A stretch of DNA of 64,000 bases from Eledone cirrhosa (GCA_964016885.1 OZ024743.1:289354001-289418000); one strand, 5' to 3'. Positions 28,082 through 38,919 are shown, numbered from the stretch's first letter. Translations and numbers: made by a program. The notes: a model not told the origin generated them from the sequence alone.

Positions 28082-28323
28082 TTTTCTTTATTAACCACAA
28101 GGGTTCACATAAAGTAGACATTAAGGACAGTACAGGACAATACAGGAGGGTACAAAAGGGCATTTCTGCGTGTAAAAAAACAGAGGTTGAAATAAAATAA
28201 CAAAGAAAAATTCCCCAATAGGGGGGAGACTTCCAAGGGACATTTGTGGAGAAAGCCCATTAAAAGACCACAGTGGCCCTGACCACCAGGGCAAGTGCCC
28301 TCTCCCAGTTTTCCACCTTTAAT

Positions 28324-31300
28324 TTACAGACACATACTCAGAGAAGGCCCATTCATTCGGGCCATACTTGCTTCTCTCACCCATCTTTCAACAAAATGCT
28401 GGGAAGAGAGCACTTCCCTCTCTACCCTGATTTTCCTTTTCAAATGAAATTTGAAAAAGTTAATCAGGGCATCACCGAAGAGGTAAGTGCTCGTCTTCAG
28501 CCCTTTCAAACGTGTCCACCATACTATCTCTTTCGCCATGGCCACCAGACAGATAAAAACTGCCTGCCCTTCCAGGCTAAAGGAAGGGGGCGGGGCAATC
28601 CTCACGATGGACTCAGCTGATAGCTGGATCCGTCCTACACGTGACAGCAGGTGTTCGACATAAACCCACAAGTCAGCAATGCTCGGACACTGGACGAGTG
28701 CGTGCAGGACGGTTTCGTCGCCCTGCGCGCATCTCGGACATGCCCGGCTGACGGCACCTCCATGCCTGTAGAGTTTATCCCGAACTGGCAAAGCTCCTCG
28801 GTAGCACTGCCAGGCCAGGGATTTCTGGAAGTTGTCCATAGGCCCCGGCCCGAAAGTCCTTCCGAAGAGATTGGCTAGTTGATTTTCGTCGACGCCTAGA
28901 GTTTCTCCAAGTACGTCGTCGCTCTTCCCCTCCACCAATCCCCTATAGAACGCCAAGGTGGAGTTTCCACAGATCACATTGCCCGATTGGTCGAGGGCTG
29001 TGAGCGCCTGAAGTCATTCCAGTCTCCAAGCGCTCCCTCTCGGTCTTCGCTTGACCCAGGACTGCAGCTCCGTCAAGGAGACGAGCTGGGGAAAAACGTG
29101 TCTTGCAAACGGCGACCACACCTGATCACCGTCGAGGAAGAGGTGGAGATGTCGTAGCCTGAGCGCGTGCCTGCGCATCATCAGCCACGGCATGCCCAGC
29201 CCTCCACGTAGCGGGTGTTGACAACAGATGGACCGCCTGACCATCGGAGCACGTCCCTTCCACAAAAAGCGAAAGAGCAAACGCTCCAGCGCAGTCAGGC
29301 GGGGCTTAAGACAAGGTACGACGGTCAGGCGGTAGTAGATGACGGATGCGATGTACGCGTTAGCCACCTCCGCTCGACCTTTCAGGGATAGCTTCCTCTC
29401 CGCCCATTTCTGGGTGAGAGAAGCCACCCTGCTCGTCACCTCGTCCCAGTTTTTGTCCGTCTGGAGGTCCGGACCGAACCAGACCCCTAGCAATTTAACC
29501 GGTCCGTCCGTCCAGCGTCCGACGACGCTGTTGGACGGCATGGACCTGCCTCTCCAGGTGCCGAGCTGCAGGCCCACTGACTTTTCCTGGTTGATCATTG
29601 CTCCTGTCACCGCTTCGTATTCTCTTAGTGTAGTGCCGATCGCCTCAATGTGTTTGGCGTTCGACACCACTACGGTGACATCGTCCGCATATGCTGACAC
29701 GGATCTTCCGCATCCTAGTTCGCGCGGGACTCCCCTCAACGTCTCCAGTTTGTGCAGTAATGGCTCGAGAGTCAATACGTACAAGAGGGACGAGAGGGGA
29801 CATCCTTGGCGGACCGAGCGCATGATGTTGAACGGTTCCGACAGGTGACCGTTCACTCTCACCACAGAGCAGATGTCGCTGTGCATGGCAGCGATCCAGC
29901 CTCTGAAGACGGGCCCAAAGCCAGCCGCCCTCAGGACTGCCGCTAGGTAACGATGGTCGACCCTATCGAAAGCTTTCGACTGATCTAAATTGATGAAGGA
30001 CCCACCCGTGCCAGGTTCCCTAGCTACCCTCTCTACGATGTATCGCATGAGGTGGAGGTTGTCGTGGATGGATCTGTCGGGAATGGCGCATGTCTGCGCC
30101 TCTCCCACCAGACCACCAACGACAAGCGCCAACCTCTTTGCTAGCACCTTGGCCAAAATCTTAAACTCTGTGTTTAGCAGAGTTATGGGCCGGAAATTTT
30201 CTATGTTATCCCCCTTGTTCGGATCATTTCTCAGCAGTGCCACCGCTCCTCGGCTCACAGAACTGGGAATTCTCCCGTTCTGTTGCCAGTTGCAGTAGAC
30301 GTCCGCCAAGAGGCCTCCGAACAAGTCTGGCATCTGTACGTAAAGTTCATAGGGCAGACCATCCAAACCAGGCGATTTACCCCTTGTGCAGCCAGTCATT
30401 GCCTCCCTTACTTCAGCGGCTGTTATCGGCTTTTCGCAACACTTCGCCTCAGTGGCCGAGAGCCGCGGCAGTCCGTCGAGGTAGACACTAAAGTCCATCC
30501 CTCTACCCGGCCCACCGCTGCCCCCGAACAGCTGAGCGAAGTGTCGCTGAAAAGCCTCACACATTTGCCCGGGATCGAGTAGCATGCGCCCGTCGTGGTC
30601 CACCAAAGACCGGATCGTGGCTTTGTTGCCACGACGCGCCTCCGCCACTCGGGCCCATTGAACGGCTTTCGTCCCCTCGTGTCTGAGAGCACGCACCCTT
30701 GCTCTGACAACGCAGCCTTCGTGCTTTGCATTAAAGAATTGGTCAAGGGCCAATTTCGCCGCAAGCACGTCGGTCGCAATGCCTTTGCTAAGCGCCTCGT
30801 CTAATTTTCTAACTAGTTCTCCCTCTGCTCTATTTTTCTCTATTGCTAAAGCCTTACTAAACCTAATCGATTCTATTCTAATCGCCCTTTTCAGAGCAAA
30901 CCACCACTTGTTGTTGACGATGGCCCCCGTCAACGCCCGCTTAACTAGTTCGCTAATCCGGTCTCTGTAGGCCTTGCGCGCTGGTAAGGACGCGTTTAGC
31001 TTCCAGTAGCCGGGTCCTCGTCTATGAAGCCTATCTAAGTCAAGCACACAGATCACGAATTTGTGGTCCGTGTAGCTGACTATCTTGAATTGTGGACAGC
31101 CTATGCTAGACCTATCTATTTCCCTACAAAATACTCTATCTAGATATGATCTGGATGACCCTATGCGGTTTGTTCAAGTCCACATTGGCACATTCGGGAA
31201 ATCCAATCGGTACCTGTCAGACAGTTCAAAACGCCTGAGCAGGTTGGTGAGGCTCTTGCACCCTCCACCCCTATCCGCTAATCCCACACAGTCCCAGCGT

Positions 31301-31743
31301 GCATCTAAGATCCCGTTCCAGTCGCCCACTAACACTAAAGAGCGGGACGTTCCAAGAAAGGTCTCCAGACGCCGGAAGAAATCAGGCCGCCCTGCTCCTG
31401 TCGGGGCATAGACGGCCACTAGCCTGTAAGCTTGCCCGTCTCCGCTGGTCACGTCCAGCACCACCAGCTTACCCTCTGGGTCCAGGAAGATGGCCCGTAT
31501 GGCGAGATACAAACCTCTCCGAAAAAGCACAGCAATTCCTCCACCGGATCCAGGACGGCTGGGAGATGCGTACACATCGTAGCCGCCGAAGATCGGTGCG
31601 AAGGCCCGTGCTTCGGAGATTCTGGTCTCGCTGATGGCCACTACATCTATGTTTAGTGACCTGAGGTCGTTGAGCAGGTGACCCTGCTTCCATGACGACC
31701 CCAAGCCACGCGCATTTATGCTGCCTATTCTGAGTGAGGTCAT
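28324..31743 (-). pseudogene. Tx1 copy C ORF2 (APE-RT-zf), one reading frame of ~1139 codons with two in-frame TGA stops
   Basis: Track ORFs 31743-31174, 31056-29014 and 28977-28324 are in the same frame. Motifs GSINARGL, AISET, VGDWNG, YTDH, AYADD, CPRCAQGDETVLHALVQC. Confidence 0.95.
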
Positions 31744-31778
31744 GTTTAAAATAGAGTGGAAAAGATGGGAAAGACCAC

Positions 31779-33909
31779 TTACCGTACTTTTGGTAGAGGA
31801 GGGATGGTTTTTACATCCCTTTTCACTTGATCGTCTGGTGAAGGGACCGTTGAATCGTCCCTTCGGCTGGTCGTCGGCTCTTCTAAGAGAATGTCTGAGT
31901 ATACTCTTCGATTGATGGTTCCTCCTAGGTCCCTGAAATCACCAACTGCGTTGGGGAATTTCGTTTTAATGTTTGTGTATTGTTTCTGTGCTATTTTTAG
32001 CAGTCTTATGTTAGTTGGCGTTTTGATTGGTGCTGGTATTATGTAGTCGTGTTGTGAAATGTCTGTGTGTTCAATTATGTAAGTCATTAGTTTCTTGTTG
32101 TGTGTATTTATTGCCGTGCATTTGTTTTTCTGGGGGTGGGGTGTGGTTCTGCTATTTTCTTGTCGTTGTTGCTGGGTGTGTGTTTTGTTGATGTGTTTGC
32201 GATGTTGGTGCTTGTGGTGGTGGTGTTGAAGGTGTTGTTGGCGGTGGGGTTGTCGCCGGTGGTGATGGTGGTGCTAGTGTGGGTGGTGATGGTGTTGGTG
32301 GTGTTGCTGCTGTGGGTCTCTTTGCGGTAGACTTTACCCTTTTCTCATCTCTTTCCTCCCTTTTCAAAGGCGACGATGCGCTGCTTCTGCGTTTGTGCCT
32401 TCTTACGACCTTTTGCCATCCCTCTCCCACCTCACACTCCATGTCTGATTCTGTGAGGTCGGGGAGGGGTACCAGCTCCACTCTTTCACTTGTTGTTGTT
32501 GGTGATGTTTGCACTGGAGTCTCTGTTGCAGCTGCATTTGGTATTGCTGTTGTTGTTGTTAATATTTCCACTGCTGCTGCTGTTTTTGATTTCCGTGGAG
32601 TGGGTATGGGTCGAACGGACCTATCGTTCCTGGTTGCCGCTTGTCCTGTTGCTGGTAGCCGTGGAGCCGGATTCGGAAGGAGGGGGGTTTTCTCCTTTCT
32701 CAGGGTCTTCTCGTTGCAGAAGACCCTGAGGTGAGTCTTCGATCCACAGCGAAAGCATTTCGGGCGTTTGCCCTCAACACTTATGGGCAGTTGAGTGCCG
32801 TTATCGAAGTCTATCACATCCGGGATAGCTTCGATGCACTCCTGGTTGGTTTGGATTAGCATCTCAATGGAGGTGCCTACCCAATCTTCTCTTACTTTTT
32901 TCTGTACTTGCAGTACAGTTGTTTTGTCCTCGATTCCGACGAGGACAGACGCGGCCAGCCAAGAAGGGGCCATTCCGGGGGGGGGGGGGCCGACGTGGGT
33001 CAGTTTGACCCTCACAATTTTTTGCCCGCAGTAGGAGGGCACCAACACCATTTCCTCGCTCCTTAGGGTCACTACTGATTGGGCCTTTGCCTCCTGGGGT
33101 GTGGCAAAAAGTACGTCTACGGTGGCATATTTTTTGCCTCGGGTGATGTGCGTTTTCCGCTGCCACACAAACCCCAAGGCTTTTTGTATTTGGGCCTCTG
33201 TGGCTCTTTCCACCCTACGGGATTTTGTACTTACTGTACGGTACGTGACCGTACAGTGCTCTTGGGTTTCGAAAAATGTTTCCGCTGCCTTGCAGATTGC
33301 TCGGTGTCCATTCTTTGTCACCATCTTCTTCGCTTCCTCTAATTCCTCATTCGTTATGAGGATTGTTTCCAATTTTTTCGCAATACCTGCAAATGAGATT
33401 GGTTTTTCTCTGCTGCTGCTGTTGTTGTTGTCGTCAGAGCTGCTGGTACTTTTGTTGTTGCTGCAGGTACTACGACTACTGCCTTCGCCGCTGTTGCTGT
33501 GGTTGTTGTTGCTGCTGCTAATGCTGTTGTTGTTTATGCTGCTGGTGATGCTGTTGCGGCTGCTACTGTTGTTTTCATTGTCACTGTTGCTGTTGTTATT
33601 ACGGCTGCTACTGCTATTATTCCTGACGTCAGACGAATGAACTGGGTTTTCGTATTTCCCGCACACCTGTTTCGTCGCTGTCGTCGTCGTCGTGGAGAAA
33701 CCTTGCACGCTTTGCACGAGACTTTTCTTTTCTTTCGTCGCTTGCGAAAGAGAAGGGAGGGAGAGAGACACATTTAAGGAAGGGAGGGAGAGAGACACAT
33801 TTAAGGAAGGGAGGGAGAGAGACAATCTTCTCTCTGCTGTAGTGATGATTGAGGAAGAAGAAGACGGAATGAGTGGGAGTGACGTATGAAATTTCTTTTT
33901 CGTAGCCAT
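31779..33909 (-). pseudogene. Tx1 copy C ORF1 (gag-like, CCHC knuckle), frameshifted near 32150
   Basis: ATG in ACAACATGG context, Ser/Asn-rich N-terminus, SFAGIAK, RGKKYATVDVLF, CFRCGSKTHLRVFC; the C-terminal block IIEHTDI..FPNAVGDFR is shared with copy B. Confidence 0.87.
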
Positions 33910-34123
33910 GTTGTTTTTTGTTTAAAATGAATATTGGGTACAAAACCCCAATAACTGGTTATTTAACCCCGAAGGGCCAAATAAAGGACAGAAAGACCCC
34001 TCTCACGAGGAGGAGGGTGTCTTTATCAACAATTTGGTTCAAGTTTTAAACAATTTACAATTGTTTTAACGGTTAAAAATTACTATACCTTACAGAGCCG
34101 AGCCTCCGTCAACCATGGCATTC

Positions 34124-34154
<31 letters not shown>

Positions 34155-34220
34155 TCCGTTTACAATTGTTTCGCTACTCCATATAATGTTTCTGGATCAA
34201 ATGATTATAGATCATTATTA

Positions 34221-34409
34221 GGTGGATTGGCAGTATCAGTAGAGGGTCGGACGCCATGCTTTCCAGCATAGTTACGTCCCTTTACGATCTGAGTTCAAAT
34301 CCCGCCGAGGTTGACTTTGCCTTTCATCCTTACGGGGTCGATAAAAATAAAGTACCAGTAATGCACTGTGTAATTGCTGGCCTTGTGCCTAAAGTAGAAA
34401 CAATTATTA
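34221..34409 (+). mobile_element. tRNA-derived SINE, copy 2
   Basis: GGTGGATTGGCAGTATCAGTAGA...GAGTTCAAATCC...GCCTTTCATCCTTACGGGGTCGATAAA...GGCCTTGTGCCTAAAGTAGAAACAATTATTA; ATTATTA on both sides. Confidence 0.92.
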
Positions 34410-34559
34410 GTTCAGATGAAGATAAGTAACTTAGGTAAAAATTATGGAGCGGCTCTTCAGAACTTCAAAAGAGATAATGAAAATATTGATAAAGATACGA
34501 TGGAATAAGGAATATAAAGTAATCTAAAGAAAGATGGTTACATGAATGTAATGTTCCAT

Positions 34560-35990
34560 ATATTGGTATTTCACGATGGTGTCCTGTGTCTATCTATTGT
34601 CTGCTACAGGCAAGCATTATTCTTCTGTCGAGGCTGTATTAAGCGAGATCTGCCTATGCGTAACAAAATGGCCACCTAAGGTCATATTTACCTTACTAAT
34701 TAGAGACGGGTTTCAAGAGAAGTAACTCTTTGAGAATTTAGAAATTGTAGGTGATTTATAGCTAAGAAGTGCTAATGAGCTTAAGTGAGAGACAGTGTAG
34801 GGGAGGTAATTTATAATTATCCAAGTCTGAGTTAAATATTTAACATGTTAGCTATAAGTAAAAGTGAGAATAGATGACTATGTTGGGTCGAATATTCTGT
34901 TGGCGAAGGTATTTGCCCTTCGATGTTGACAGCTAATAGTTATCTCGTTTCTATCGTTAATCGGTTGAGGTCGTGAGAGAGTTATGTAATAGGCCTCGGT
35001 AAGACGGAGATCACAAGTGTTTCTTCGTCCAAGATATCCCATGTTAGTGAGTGTTCAATGTTGGTTAATTTAAGGTGTTTAATGAGCCTAGCTAGAGATG
35101 TTGAACATCTATTGCTAGGGTCTCGGAAGGAAAGTGAATGCGCGTTATAGCGTACCTTAAAAGGGGTAGAGGTAGAGCTAATATAGGAGCTGGTATGTGA
35201 TGCTGTTTTAACTGTGCACCTATATACTATATTGGGTGTAAGGCATTGACCGTTTAGTGGGCATGTATTAGGGTAACGGCAGTTGCAGTTACTGCTGCGG
35301 TTAGTAAGGGTAGGGTTGTTTAAACTATGCGGCTGGTGTGTGCTAGAAGGATTAGATGGGGTAGGTATGCTACTAGAGTAAGTATTGGTGTAGTGGCGTG
35401 GTGTATTTGATAGGGGTGGTGGTACCGCGGTGTGGTAGTTATACTCTCTTAGTTTATGATGGTTACTGAATGCGATGTGGCTAGCTAGGTTAGGTGTTGT
35501 GGAGAAAGAGATGTTAATGTTGTTTTTATTAAAGAGTTTGTAGTATCTATGGTTGGGGGCGGGATGTTTAGATAGAATAGAGAATAAGCGTTTAGGGATA
35601 TTAGTGGCTAAATTAGGTGATATTTCTAGGCCTATTCCTTCTAGGGGTTCTAATAGAGTTGGCAGGGGCCTTTATAGGGTTATTATTACCTGGGCGTTTG
35701 TTTAATTGTCATCCCATTGCTCATTCCTATTCTAGGGTTGATTCTGAGTCTGCTACTAGGAGTGGGAAGTAGGCCTCTGCCACCATTATGGTTGTTACTG
35801 CTAAAATTCCGGCGTATCTGGCTACATTCTAAAGTATTTCTAGTTCTAGTGCTAAATTTATTATGGTTGTGGTAAAGTTCTGTGTTATGGCATTTAGGTA
35901 TGTAGTAAATTGACTGTTCATAACCAGATTCAGAAAGGGCCTTATTATAATATGCCGCATGGTTCATAAATATCTCCTCATATATATATA
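34560..35990 (-). mobile_element. Penelope-like element (probably Naiad-type), 5'-truncated and decayed
   Basis: Minus-strand translation EEIFMNHAAYYNKALSESGY...KLFNKNNINISFSTTPN...CNCRYPNTCPLNGQCLTPNIVYRCTV..YISST..FKVRY..H (GIY-YIG)...SCQHR. Confidence 0.85.
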
Positions 35991-36164
35991 AATACATAAT
36001 CGGAGAAAGCTAATAGCGATACTCCAGCTAAATTCCAACTCACTCAACAAACATTAGGAAATACCTGAGTATATTCCTAATTAAACGTTCGGGGTGCTAA
36101 CTAATTGTATTGTGTGGAAAATTGGCAGTATCATTTCATATGAGATATATCAAATATATCACTT

Positions 36165-36287
36165 CCCAGACGACTCGTTTCATTATAAGATTTCTACAAA
36201 TTGGGTGAAATTATACCAAATTATGTAGAAGCTTGTATAAGATCAACAGATACTTATTCAAATGGGCTCTTATAATTCTTCAGTGGG
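36165..36287 (-). ncRNA. Type I hammerhead ribozyme with extended stem II
   Basis: CCCA-CTGAAGA-ATTATAAGA...TCTTATAAT-GAAAC-GAGTC-GTC-TGGG: stem I CCCA/TGGG, canonical core, GUC cleavage triplet. Confidence 0.8.
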
Positions 36288-36671
36288 TGCCCAATAATAT
36301 TAATATTGATAACGAAATCAACATCAATATTTAGTGATAATCACCATCAGTGCTTGAGGGAGCTGCTAGATTGTTAGTCCAGCAATTCTAAAGAAAATCT
36401 CACACTGTCTCTAAAATAGGAGGAAGGAGACTACCGCCAAAAAAAACAATACATGCGCAGGTCATTGAACTCTGAAAAGAATTCAAGCCACGTGCTAGAA
36501 CTCAATTGGATATGAAGAACTAACCATATGTGCGCATCGCTTGATGCCACACCTATATATATATATATATATATATATAACGGAGGAAATGTGGTAAGGA
36601 ACCAGATGGACCATAACACACCAAAGTACTCAATACTTAGGGGAGTAGAGTGGGTAATAGGAACAAGTATG

Positions 36672-36766
36672 ACCTCGACGGCAGAGCTCAAGCCGTTTCG
36701 ACGGCTAATTTTGGACTAAATAAGAATTTTAACCTGGTAAATAAATAGCCGAACTTCTCAGGGGGT
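36672..36766 (-). ncRNA. Hammerhead-like motif in the inverted pLTR copy (variant core CUGAGAA)
   Basis: ACCCC-CTGAGAA-GTTCGGCTA...TAGCCGTC-GAAACGGC-TTGAGCTCT-GCCGTC-GAGGT. Confidence 0.6.
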
Positions 36767-36993
36767 AATTCCTTATATGGGAAGATAGTAATTGTCAAAA
36801 GGATTGGTCAAAACTTTGTTGTAAAGACATGATTCTATCATGGCATTTGGTGGGAGGTAGTGGTAGCTGAACTTGCCGGTACTACCCATAGAGGAAACCA
36901 AACGACAACCTGCATTACATCCACCGCCGGTCGAACCATCCTAGAAACATCACCAATAACCTGGTTAAAAACATCTCCCACCGCATATCTCGT

Positions 36994-37821
36994 TTGTCCG
37001 CTAATGAGCAGATATTCGACGAACATGCGCCTTATTACAACCAGGTCCTCAAGCGGAGTGGCTTCCAGGAGGAAATATCCTATTATCCAGCTTCCATTAG
37101 CGGAACCAGCAGGCGACACCGCCGCTCACGCAACGTAAAGTGGTTCAATCCTCCCCACAATGCCGAGGTGACAACACCTATCGGGAAAATCTTCTTTAGG
37201 CTCATCGAAAAACACTTCCCACTACAAGACCGCTACCACAACATAATCAACAAAAACACCAACAAACTCTCCTACAACACCACACCTAACTTCGCACAAA
37301 ACATCGTCTCCTCTAACAACAAAAAGCTCAACCCCTATGGAAGAAATAACCTAGACATCAGTGTAGAGCCGACCAGGAGGTGCAACTCTCCTGATAGATC
37401 CCTTGGCCCCCTCAACAACAGATGCCGAGATCGTAATGTAATCTACCAGTGCAACGTGAGGATGGACACCTCCAACACAGCTTATATAGGATTAACCGCT
37501 TGTGACTTCAAGACTCGGCTCTACCTACACCGACATACTTTCCGAAACCCGGCTCGGCGTCATGCCACTACACTTTCGGGCCACATCTGGGACCTCAAAG
37601 ATATTAATATAACCTACAATCTCACTTGGAGCTTACTGTCCAGAGCCAACTCTTACACGGGAGGACGCCGTCCGTGTAAGTTATGCTCGGAGGAAACATT
37701 ACAAATGCTGTTTTCGAAGGACCAACTCCTAAATAAGAAAGACGAACTGGTAACTGCATGCAAACACAGATCGCGTAGGACTTACCTCGCCCTCAAACCC
37801 CATAATGACCCGGAGGGGTAG
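36994..37821 (+). CDS. C-terminal part of the Penelope-like ORF (RT thumb, linker, GIY-YIG endonuclease); open but 5'-truncated
   Basis: KWFNPP..V.T.IGK.F..LIEKHFP, VIYQCNV...YIGLT..FKTR...H, CKLC.EE, LLNKKDELVTACKH. Confidence 0.85.
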   Translation: MSANEQIFDEHAPYYNQVLKRSGFQEEISYYPASISGTSRRHRRSRNVKWFNPPHNAEVTTPIGKIFFRLIEKHFPLQDRYHNIINKNTNKLSYNTTPNFAQNIVSSNNKKLNPYGRNNLDISVEPTRRCNSPDRSLGPLNNRCRDRNVIYQCNVRMDTSNTAYIGLTACDFKTRLYLHRHTFRNPARRHATTLSGHIWDLKDINITYNLTWSLLSRANSYTGGRRPCKLCSEETLQMLFSKDQLLNKKDELVTACKHRSRRTYLALKPHNDPEG

Positions 37822-38748
37822 ACAAGGGCTGAAACACCCGACTTGCCGATTGTGTAAGGGGTAACCCCTGCTTACAAAGGTAGAGTCACTTTTTTATCTT
37901 TTCCTCTATATTTCCTTCTCCCCATCTCTTCCTAGTCCTTCCACCCCAGATCTCCTTCCTTGTCTCTTTTTTTCACCTTTTCCCCTACCCCGACGATGCA
38001 GCCCATCGGTCCTCTGTAGCCTCAGTACTGCCCCCCCCCCCTAATTTTAAGATAGAATTGGCCTATTACGCTTTTTATAGCAGATGTGTTAGACCCCAGT
38101 AAATTGTGTTCTTTCTGGTTGCTGCTCCATTTCTGTGGTTTCTAAATTTCTCAGTGGTATTTTTGTATTAGTATTTTGAATTATTATTTCGTATTAGTAT
38201 TTTTGTAGTAGTATTTTTGCATTTTTGTTCTCAACCTGTCATTGTAAGATAGCATTGGTTGATTACTAATAACTATAGCAGTGGTGTTAGACCCCCTGTA
38301 AAGCCGGCTTTATAAAATTATTTCAATACAATCTCGTATTTAGTATTTTTCTCCAACTACTAAACTTTCCTATAGCTTAGAAATACCAAGAGATTTGGTG
38401 ATTGTCGAAATGGAGTAGTAACCAGAAATTGTTTTTTTTTTAATATATATTTATTTCCTTATTTTTATAATGTTTTTTTTGTTTACTCCCTTTCGATTTA
38501 CCTATTCTTTCAACTTCCCCCCTCCCCATCTCCAGTACACTTCTTTCGACCTTCTATACACTATCCATAGAATCTGGTGTATAGATTTCACTTTCAACGC
38601 TTGACTGGATTTCCCCCACTCCCTCTTTGTTCTACCGGCAAGTTCAGCTACCTCTGCCTCCCACCAAATGCCATGATAGAAAATCTGTCTTTACAACAAA
38701 TTTTTGACCAATTCTTTTGACAATTATTATCTTCCGATATAAGGAATT

Positions 38749-38844
38749 ACCCCCTGAGAAGTTCGACTATTTATTTACCAGGCTAAAAATTCTTATTTAG
38801 TCCAGAATTAGCCGTCGAAACGGCTTGAGCTCTCCCGTCGGGGT
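38749..38844 (+). ncRNA. Hammerhead-like motif in the 3' pLTR (variant core CUGAGAA)
   Basis: Stem I ACCCC/GGGGT, GAAA at 38817, stem III ACGG/CCGT with a palindromic GAGCTC loop, GUC at 38837-38839. Confidence 0.65.
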
Positions 38845-38855
38845 CATACTTGTTT

Positions 38856-38919
<64 letters not shown>

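Larger units (their letters stand above)
28081..34123 (-). mobile_element. Tx1-clade retrotransposon, copy C, apparently full length (~6.0 kb), flanked by (AAT)n on both sides
   Basis: 5' UTR, ORF1, ORF2 and 3' UTR with AATAAA; (AAT)n at 28006-28080 and 34124-34153. Confidence 0.92.
36657..38860 (+). mobile_element. Penelope-like element (probably Naiad-type), 5'-truncated, with inverted pseudo-LTR copies
   Basis: Inverted repeats of ~225 bp at 36657-36881 and 38633-38860, internal RT-thumb/GIY-YIG ORF, 3' end running into (TA)n. Confidence 0.92.

Noticed and set aside
16712-33889. Long plus-strand ORFs over the Tx1 copies (e.g. 20808-21452, 23927-24571, 29339-29848)
   Set aside because: Antisense shadows of GC-rich or low-complexity retrotransposon coding sequence.
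33985-34025. HDV-like ribozyme in the Tx1 5' UTR
   Set aside because: TCCTCGT is present but P3 pairs poorly and no P1/P2 pseudoknot could be assembled; kept only as a structured UTR.
34560-37821. Selenocysteine recoding as reported for some Naiad Penelope-like elements
   Set aside because: No in-frame TGA at conserved Cys positions in the readable segments, and no SECIS could be identified by eye.
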